Shown here piece after piece: positions 57,579 to 64,000 of a DNA stretch of 64,000 nucleotides; within the stretch, counting starts at the first letter, position 1, and the number at the start of each line of letters is the position of its first letter. The position numbers and the translations under genes are program-made. Under the pieces are notes generated by a model, which did not search any database, was not told where the DNA came from, and saw only the letters and a list, made by a program, of their open reading frames with translations. The DNA is from an uncultured Clostridium sp. GTDB lineage: Bacteria; Bacillota_I; Bacilli_A; RF39; UBA660. The DNA lies in NCBI GenBank assembly GCA_964490375.1, contig CAZBAZ010000003.1:1448-65447 (forward strand). Reading direction: 5' to 3'.

Positions 57579-58662
57579 CTATTTCACCTTTATATTTTTC
57601 TATTAAATCAGAATTAGACATTTTGTATTTTCTTTCAAATTCTTTGCTTCCAATAAATAATTGATTATAGTTATTTTCATCTATTACTATATTACATTCT
57701 TTTATATAAAATATATATCTTGCTTTACTTAATGAAGTACTTTGCATTAGATTCTTAGTCTTTTTTAGTGGTAATTTCTTAAGACCAATTGAATTGTAAA
57801 AGTCTATTTTTTCTTTTATATTTTCTATACTATAGCCAAATAATGCAGGTAAACTCTTTAGCATAGAAATTGTTTCTTCCAAAGTATATCCAAGACTTAG
57901 AATGTCATTTATTTTATTTTTTAAATTTTCTGTACTATAAGTTAATAATAATGGAGAAATTTTAATCATTTCTAAGACTTCTTTTCTTTTAAAGCCTAAA
58001 GCAATTAAATTATTTATTTTATTATTTATCGTTTCTATATTATAGCCTAAGATTGATGGACATATTTGTATCATTTTTAATACATCTTTTTTTGTATAAC
58101 CTAAAAAACATAAATTATATATTTTTCCTAATAAATATTCTGATGGAAGACACAATATTGCAGGGAAAGATAATGTTATTTTTCTTGTTTCTTGTTCATT
58201 ATAAAATTCATTTAATTTATCTAATCTTGACTTTAATGTTTTCCTTGTAATGCCTATTATACGTGGAGATATTTTAGTCATCTTTTTTACTTCATTTTCA
58301 CTATAATTAAGTTCATATAAGTAATTAAGACTTTGTTTTATATTTTCAATATTATATCCTAATATAGATGGATTATTTTTTATCATTTTTTTAACATCAT
58401 TAATGCTATATCCTAAAGCACACAAATCAATTACTTTTTTTGAAATATTATCTAGTGTTAAAACATATATCACTGGATAATAAGTAATCATTTTAATTAT
58501 ATCTTTTGAAGAAAAACCTAGACTAAAAAAATACTTGTTTATTTCTTTTAATTTATTTGTTTTACAAGCAGTAGTATATCTATTAAAAGCAACTAATATT
58601 GATTCTACATCGCTTTCTGTATAACCAAAGTCTATTAAAAATTTTTTTGTTTCTTCTAACAT
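57562..58662 (-). CDS. mTERF-like helical-repeat protein (366 aa, ~8 repeats)
   Basis: Eight consecutive 34-35-aa repeats of the form LG[FY][ST]xx[DE][IV]xKMIxxxPxILxYxIExIxxKIxxLxxL, plus the capping tail LMQSTSLSKARYIFY...NYNQLFIGSKEFERKYK. Confidence 0.7.
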   Translation of the reverse strand: MLEETKKFLIDFGYTESDVESILVAFNRYTTACKTNKLKEINKYFFSLGFSSKDIIKMITYYPVIYVLTLDNISKKVIDLCALGYSINDVKKMIKNNPSILGYNIENIKQSLNYLYELNYSENEVKKMTKISPRIIGITRKTLKSRLDKLNEFYNEQETRKITLSFPAILCLPSEYLLGKIYNLCFLGYTKKDVLKMIQICPSILGYNIETINNKINNLIALGFKRKEVLEMIKISPLLLTYSTENLKNKINDILSLGYTLEETISMLKSLPALFGYSIENIKEKIDFYNSIGLKKLPLKKTKNLMQSTSLSKARYIFYIKECNIVIDENNYNQLFIGSKEFERKYKMSNSDLIEKYKGEIDERII

Positions 58663-58680
58663 AACTTATCGCCTTTTATA

Positions 58681-58691
58681 ATTATACCACA
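58681..58691 (-). promoter_or_regulatory. extended -10 promoter (TGTGGTATAAT) of the 366-aa mTERF-like gene
   Basis: An identical 11-mer, TGTGGTATAAT, lies ~19 nt upstream of the ATG at 58662. Immediately before it is the ssb stop-codon hairpin AAAGCAGAtgaataaTCTGCTTT (58693-58715). Confidence 0.45.
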
Positions 58692-58700
58692 AAAAGCAGA

Positions 58701-59039
58701 TTATTCATCTGCTTTATCAACTTTTCTACTACTTAAAAAAGATACTTTTTCTGCTATAATATCCATACTATATTTTTTCTCTCCATCTTTTTCATAAGTA
58801 GAAGATTGAATTCTTCCTTTTACTCCAATAATATCTCCTTTCTTACAATATTCATGAGTGCTTTCAGCTATACCATTCCATAAAGTACATTTTATAAAAT
58901 CACTATCATATGTTCCATCTATATTTTTAAATGATCTAGGTATTGCTACTGTAATATTAGTTCTTTTTCTATTATTTTCAGTAGTTACTACTTCTGGGTC
59001 TGATACAAGTCTGCCAGCTAAAACTATTTGGTTTATCAA
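58701..59039 (-). CDS. single-stranded DNA-binding protein, short SsbB-like form
   Basis: OB-fold pattern MINQIVLAGRLVSDPEV...FIKCTLWNGIAES...GDIIGVKGRIQSSTYEKDGEKKY. At 112 aa it lacks a Gly/Pro-rich linker and the acidic DDDIPF-type tip. Confidence 0.8.
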   Translation of the reverse strand: MINQIVLAGRLVSDPEVVTTENNRKRTNITVAIPRSFKNIDGTYDSDFIKCTLWNGIAESTHEYCKKGDIIGVKGRIQSSTYEKDGEKKYSMDIIAEKVSFLSSRKVDKADE

Positions 59040-59204
59040 TTATGCCTCCTTTCTTAATGTGAATATTAGCATACTAAAAATATAGTTTCAAATTGATAAA
59101 ATTGAATTTTTAAAGATATTAACTCTTATATAATTATTTTTTTACTTAGGATAAATTAGTGTTTTTATAATAGTATTTTTCATTAATATTGTATTTTATA
59201 TTAA

Positions 59205-59236
59205 ATTAAAAAAATTACAGAAAAGTAATTTTTTTA
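59205..59236 (-). terminator. AT-rich hairpin terminator at the end of the cysteine desulfurase gene
   Basis: AAAATTACagaaaaGTAATTTT is flanked by A- and T-runs on both sides, so it could act in both directions. Confidence 0.45.
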
Positions 59237-60418
59237 ATTAGCAAACTCATATAATTCTTTTTTATTTTTTAATACTTTTATTAAATAATCTATTTCTTCA
59301 TAAGTATTATAAAAGTATAAACTTATTCTTAATGTATCTTCTTTATTATCTCCCATTTTTGCACAATGTTTTCCACTTCTAGCACATATTCCTTTTGTAT
59401 TTAAATATAATCCTAAGTCTCCTGATAGAACATTATCTACGTTAATTATTATAGTACTTCCTTCTAAATTTTTATTATATATTTTAATGTATGGTATTTT
59501 TTCTAATTCTTGAACTAAATACTTTCTTAAATACTTTACTTTTCTCTCTATGTTATCCATTCCAATTTCATTTAAAAATTTTATACTTTCACTAAATCCA
59601 ATTATGTCTGCAATATTTGGCGTTCCTGCTTCAAATCTATAAGGTACTTCTGCCATTTGAAGAGAATGTTCATTATAACTTATATTCATACCCCCACCAT
59701 AAGAATATGGAAGCATTTTTCTTAATAATTCATATTTTCCATAAAGAACTCCCACTCCAGTTGGACCACACATCTTATGTGCAGAAAAAGCAAGAAAATC
59801 TACATCTAAATCTTGTACATCTATTTTTATATGTGGAGCACTTTGAGCTGCATCCACTACTACTAGAACATTATTTTCATGGGCTATTTTACATATTTCT
59901 TTAATATCTCTTTTATCACCACTTACATTTGTTATTTGTGCTATTGAAATTAGTTTTGTATTAGAATTTATTTTGCTTTTTAAATCTTCAATATCTAATT
60001 TTTCATTTTTAGAATCTACAAAATTAATTTTAATTTTCTTTTTTACTGATAATATCATCCATGGTAATAAATTTGATGCATGTTCACTACTTGATAATAT
60101 TATTTCATCTCCCTCTTTTAAATAATTAAGAAAGAAACCAAAAGCTACTAGATTAATTGAATCTGTAGTATTTTTAGTAAAAACAATTTCATCTTTTCTT
60201 TTTGCATTTATAAACATTTTAACTAAATCTCTTGTATAATCTATTTCATCATCTACTTTAAAACTTATATCATAGTCTCCTCTATGTGAATTTGAATTGT
60301 ATTCTTTATAATACTCATTTATTTTATTTATAACTCTATATGGTTTGAATGTCGTAGCTGCATTATCAAAATATATAATACTTTTTTCTTTCATAGGAAA
60401 GTCATTTATATCTTTCAT
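59234..60418 (-). CDS. cysteine desulfurase (class V aminotransferase, SufS/Csd-like)
   Basis: PLP-Lys motif FSAHKMCGPTGVGVLYG and a catalytic Cys loop, ARSGKHCA. 394 aa. Confidence 0.8.
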   Translation of the reverse strand: MKDINDFPMKEKSIIYFDNAATTFKPYRVINKINEYYKEYNSNSHRGDYDISFKVDDEIDYTRDLVKMFINAKRKDEIVFTKNTTDSINLVAFGFFLNYLKEGDEIILSSSEHASNLLPWMILSVKKKIKINFVDSKNEKLDIEDLKSKINSNTKLISIAQITNVSGDKRDIKEICKIAHENNVLVVVDAAQSAPHIKIDVQDLDVDFLAFSAHKMCGPTGVGVLYGKYELLRKMLPYSYGGGMNISYNEHSLQMAEVPYRFEAGTPNIADIIGFSESIKFLNEIGMDNIERKVKYLRKYLVQELEKIPYIKIYNKNLEGSTIIINVDNVLSGDLGLYLNTKGICARSGKHCAKMGDNKEDTLRISLYFYNTYEEIDYLIKVLKNKKELYEFAN

Positions 60419-60526
60419 TTATAACCTCACCTATTATAATATACTCATTTAATTTAAATAATCATATAATAAATATAATAATTGAAGAAAATTTATTTTT
60501 AATATATAATGATATTGGTGAATGAA

Positions 60527-60889
60527 ATGGATTGTGTTTTTTGTAAAATTATTAATGGAGATATTCCATCATATACTATATATGAAAATGAATATGTTAA
60601 GTGTTTTTTAGATGTTAATCCTTTAAGTGCTGGGCATACTTTAATAGTACCTAAGAAGCATTTTAAAGATTTATATGATATTGATATAGAAACTTTAAAT
60701 GAAATATTTAAAGCATCTAAAATAGTTTGTGAACTTATTAATAAAAGGTTAAATCCTAATGGAATTAGAATTGTACAAAACAATGGTGTATTACAAGAAG
60801 TTAAACATTATCATATGCATGTTTTACCTAATTATGCTGAAAAAGATAATAAAACTTTAGATGAAATATTTAATTTGCTTACAAAATAA
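60527..60889 (+). CDS. HIT-family (histidine triad) protein
   Basis: MDCVFCKIINGDIPS...PLSAGHTLIVPKKH...HYHMHVLP. The start at 60527 has GGTGA 6 nt upstream. Confidence 0.85.
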   Translation: MDCVFCKIINGDIPSYTIYENEYVKCFLDVNPLSAGHTLIVPKKHFKDLYDIDIETLNEIFKASKIVCELINKRLNPNGIRIVQNNGVLQEVKHYHMHVLPNYAEKDNKTLDEIFNLLTK

Positions 60890-60943
60890 TTGTTTAAAAT
60901 GACTTTATATAGTATAATAAATTAAGAAAAAGGAAGTGTTATA

Positions 60944-62068
60944 GTGAATAAGAAAACATTTATTATTATAGGTTCTTCCATATTAGGATTGTTAGTCGCA
61001 TTAATCTTAATAGTATGGTTGATATCTGTATTTAAGCCTCATTATTATGAGTATGAAGAATTAGAAGAAGAAATGGCTAAACAAGCTGAAAAATATTATA
61101 AGAATAATCCTGATAAGCTACCTAGTGCTGAGGATGGAGTTATACTTTCATATGATACATTAGTTAGTGGTGAATATATGGAACCATTAAGTGAAGTTTT
61201 AAAAGATTCAAGTCAATGTTCAGCATATGTTGTTGTTAATAAGATTGGAGATGTTTATAGTTATACTTCATATTTAAATTGTGGTGATGCTTATAAAACT
61301 ACTGAATTATATAAACAAATATTAAATGATAATCCAATTGTTACAACTGGTAGTGGTCTTTATCAAGATATAGATGGTACTTATTATTTTAAAGGTAAAA
61401 TTAATAATAACTATGTTGCTTTTGGTACTACAGTAAATAGAAAGAAAGAAACATATGATACTCTATGGAGAATAGTTAGTATTGATGAAAATAATAATGT
61501 TAAATTAAAAAGAGTTGAATCTACAAATGATAAATATACTTGGGATGATAGATATAATCAAGATGAGATAGATAGAAGTGGTTATAATGATTTTGAAACA
61601 AGTGTATTTAAGGATAAATTAAAAGATCTTGGTAATAGTGAAGACATATTAACTAATCTTGAAAAAGGAAAAGTTATTGCTAAAAAATTATGTGTTGGTA
61701 AAAGGAGTTGGCTTGATACTTCAAAAGATGGAAGCGTTGAATGTGCTACATTAAGTGAAGAAGAATACATATTTGGAACAATTACTCCATATGAATATTT
61801 AAGAGCAAGCCTTGATGAAAATTGTGATAATGTTAAAAATGGTTCATGTTCAAACTTCAATTTTTTATCTAATGCAACACAAAATCAAGAATGGTTAGTA
61901 ACTGCTGATAGTGATAGTAATAATCTTGTATATAGTTTTGCAGGTAGAAGTTTCTCTTTAGAAAAAGCCAAGTCAAGAAGAGTTATTTACCCTACTGTTA
62001 ATTTAAACACTTATGCATTCTTTAAATCTGGAACTGGTACTGAAGAAGATCCATATAAAATTAGATAA
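60944..62068 (+). CDS. membrane-anchored extracellular protein, unknown function
   Basis: GTG start after AAAAGGAAG. N-terminal TM IIIGSSILGLLVALILIVWLISVF. The Cys-containing ectodomain includes ...YDTLWRIVSIDENNNVKL.... Confidence 0.5.
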   Translation: MNKKTFIIIGSSILGLLVALILIVWLISVFKPHYYEYEELEEEMAKQAEKYYKNNPDKLPSAEDGVILSYDTLVSGEYMEPLSEVLKDSSQCSAYVVVNKIGDVYSYTSYLNCGDAYKTTELYKQILNDNPIVTTGSGLYQDIDGTYYFKGKINNNYVAFGTTVNRKKETYDTLWRIVSIDENNNVKLKRVESTNDKYTWDDRYNQDEIDRSGYNDFETSVFKDKLKDLGNSEDILTNLEKGKVIAKKLCVGKRSWLDTSKDGSVECATLSEEEYIFGTITPYEYLRASLDENCDNVKNGSCSNFNFLSNATQNQEWLVTADSDSNNLVYSFAGRSFSLEKAKSRRVIYPTVNLNTYAFFKSGTGTEEDPYKIR

Positions 62069-62108
62069 CAAAAAAATATTGATTAATGCAATCAATATTT
62101 TTTTTGAC

Positions 62109-63905
62109 TTAAACTTCGTTTGTTTTTAGTGGAGCTTTTACTTGGTCTGCACTTACAAACCAATTATTGCCTATTTGAGCATTTGATGATGTTGGTGATG
62201 GATCTGGTTTATCTATTTTTGCAAATGTTGGTATATTAAATGCATTTCCGAAACATAAAGCACATCCTGGACTTAATGATTTTAATTTTTCTACATCATT
62301 ATCTGATATACTATGTGATATTGCTTTTACTATTTTTAAATCATCAGGATGGAACATTCTTAACACAATATAATTTGAACATTGACTTAAACTTGTTGTA
62401 GATAGTTCACTTGGTCTTTGAGTTATAAAGCCTAAAATAACTCCGTATTTTCTACCCTCTTTAGTAATTCTATCAAAAATATTATATCCAAGTATAGCTG
62501 TGTCACTATCTGCTTGTACATATCTATGTGCCTCTTCTAATAATATTTGAATTGAATAATTTCCATTATCATTTAATGCAATTGCATAATCTAAAAATAA
62601 TTTAGAATATATTTTTGTTAATGCTTTAGCAAATCTTTCATCAACATAATTTAAATTTAAATTTATTATTTGAACTTTTTCTCCATTTTTATTTGTGAAT
62701 AGTCTTTTAACATATTCTTTCTTATCTATGTATTCTTCCATTTCAAAGTATCTTCCATAATCACCATTAATAATTGAATCTAGTCTGACTTTTAATACAT
62801 TATTTATGTCATATACTCTATCACTTTTTAAAACACCTTCACTTATAAGAGCAAATTCAAATGCGCTATATAAATCTTTTAAATTATATTTTTTAGGTTT
62901 CATTTCTCTATTTAGTTTTAAATCATCATTAACAAAGTTTTCCATGAATTCTATAACTAGTTGCATAGTATTCATTTTACCTGTTTGATCCAAATTTAAG
63001 CATTGCCTTAATGTTCTTATATATCCAGGTTGAACTATTTCACTATCTAAATTTATGTCATTAGTACGGAATGCAGATAAAACTGCTACTACTTGGTCTC
63101 TTATTTGGGCAGGAGTTTTACCACTTGTTAATATATCTAATACAGCTTTTGCAATAATATTGTTTTTGTAAGCAATTACTTTAGATTCTTCTTCTGTAAA
63201 TAGATAAACATATTTTAAGGCTTTTTCAATTATTGTTAATTGAGCTGGATTATCTATTCCAAGTAGTAGTGCAATATCATCTACCTCTAAAAAATATGGT
63301 GGAATTTTAACAATTTCACTTGTAGTTGTGTGAATATTTGTTGTGTATGTTTTACATCTACAATAAGGCGTTTGATTGATTCGGTCTAATGCAGTATGAT
63401 ACTCTCCATATACATCAAATAAAACTATATTTGAATTAATAGGTATATATTTTTGTTTATAGAAAATATTTTGAAGAATTCTTGCAACAGTACAACTTTT
63501 ACCACTACCCGTGTTACCTATTATAGCAAAATGATTTGAGAATAAATCATTAATGTTAGCAGAAACATTAAATCCTTCATAAATAACACTTTTTCCAATA
63601 TATAGACTGTTTTTTGCATCCACAAGTTGTTCTCCAAGTAATTCAAACACTTCTTCTTTATTTACTATTCTAATTGTTGCATTATAACTAGGCTTATGAC
63701 TAACTCCTGATACAAATTTATTATTAATGAATTCTCCAACTAATATACATTCTATTGTTTCTTTGTTTATTTTTGTTAACTCTGCTGCTATTTTATTTTT
63801 ATCTTCAAATACAATATGAGCACCTGATAAATTTGCATCTACTCTTTTTGATAAATTTTCTATTTTTATAGTAAAATCTTCTATTGATAAAATCTTTCCA
63901 AACAT
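62109..63905 (-). CDS. HerA/DUF87-type P-loop ATPase
   Basis: N-terminal barrel-like ~100 aa, Walker A IIGNTGSGKSCTVARIL, Walker B SIQILLEEAHRYV, and GVILGFITQRPSELS (the FtsK/HerA-type arginine-finger region). Upstream are a TGtTATAAT box and an AAGGGAG SD. Confidence 0.7.
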   Translation of the reverse strand: MFGKILSIEDFTIKIENLSKRVDANLSGAHIVFEDKNKIAAELTKINKETIECILVGEFINNKFVSGVSHKPSYNATIRIVNKEEVFELLGEQLVDAKNSLYIGKSVIYEGFNVSANINDLFSNHFAIIGNTGSGKSCTVARILQNIFYKQKYIPINSNIVLFDVYGEYHTALDRINQTPYCRCKTYTTNIHTTTSEIVKIPPYFLEVDDIALLLGIDNPAQLTIIEKALKYVYLFTEEESKVIAYKNNIIAKAVLDILTSGKTPAQIRDQVVAVLSAFRTNDINLDSEIVQPGYIRTLRQCLNLDQTGKMNTMQLVIEFMENFVNDDLKLNREMKPKKYNLKDLYSAFEFALISEGVLKSDRVYDINNVLKVRLDSIINGDYGRYFEMEEYIDKKEYVKRLFTNKNGEKVQIINLNLNYVDERFAKALTKIYSKLFLDYAIALNDNGNYSIQILLEEAHRYVQADSDTAILGYNIFDRITKEGRKYGVILGFITQRPSELSTTSLSQCSNYIVLRMFHPDDLKIVKAISHSISDNDVEKLKSLSPGCALCFGNAFNIPTFAKIDKPDPSPTSSNAQIGNNWFVSADQVKAPLKTNEV

Positions 63906-64000
63906 GTTTCGTTCTCCCTTATTACTCTATTCATAATTATAACATATTAAGAGAATAAAAAACAACCATATCAAAATGATTCAGTGAAAAAGAGTAAATA

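Noticed and set aside
60499-60783. 94-aa minus-strand ORF opposite the HIT gene.
   Set aside because: The plus-strand frame carries the unmistakable HIT motifs (HYHMHVLP). The antisense ORF has none.
1-64000. Search for CRISPR arrays, tRNA genes, rRNA genes or long tandem DNA repeats.
   Set aside because: I saw no regularly spaced direct repeats, no cloverleaf-capable GC-rich ~75-nt islands and no rRNA-like segments. The GC-rich patches all resolve into coding sequence, the T-box, or terminator stems. A tRNAscan or CRISPR finder run would be needed to be certain.

Overview
This is a visibly AT-rich chromosomal window (GC not computed). The highly expressed genes ppdK, pnp, fusA and tuf are noticeably GC-richer than the rest. 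It comes from a low-GC Firmicutes/Bacilli-type bacterium. The genetic code is standard: TGA terminates genes, TGG encodes Trp, and the conserved proteins are full length. I call 65 intact CDS, 58 of them on the minus strand, plus three decayed gene fragments. I found no rRNA, tRNA or CRISPR array.

Core content:
- mtaB-rsmE and a Smr-domain gene
- the infC-rpmI-rplT operon with an L20-leader-like attenuator
- proS behind a proline T-box
- ytxH/DUF948 and trmB
- ppdK, tdk and a Xer-type recombinase
- comEA-comEC
- rpsO-pnp
- helD
- the str operon (rpsL-rpsG-fusA-tuf), tlyA and der
- a MacAB-like efflux set, a VanY-type peptidase, pdp, a short SSB, a cysteine desulfurase and a HIT protein

Items worth a second look, in my order of interest:
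1. Three tandem paralogues built from ~35-aa mTERF-type repeats (56328-58662). This family is otherwise tied to organelles.
2. A small decayed islet between xer/tdk and comEC (18.5-21.0 kb). It carries a PD-(D/E)xK-like nuclease gene, a small partner gene, an IS-type HTH remnant and a DUF1016 pseudogene.
3. A secreted Gly/Asn/Ser/Tyr-rich protein followed by a four-gene ABC-2/LanFEG-like set (34.1-37.6 kb).
4. An uncharacterised operon at the left edge that includes a poly-Ala coiled-coil protein.
5. A HerA/DUF87-type ATPase at the right edge. Any partner gene would lie outside the window.
6. Several surface proteins (a thioester adhesin and TasA/CalY-like signal peptides), and an L20 with a C-terminal HeH/SAP-like extension.

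All family assignments rest on motifs read by eye from the translations. No searches were run.
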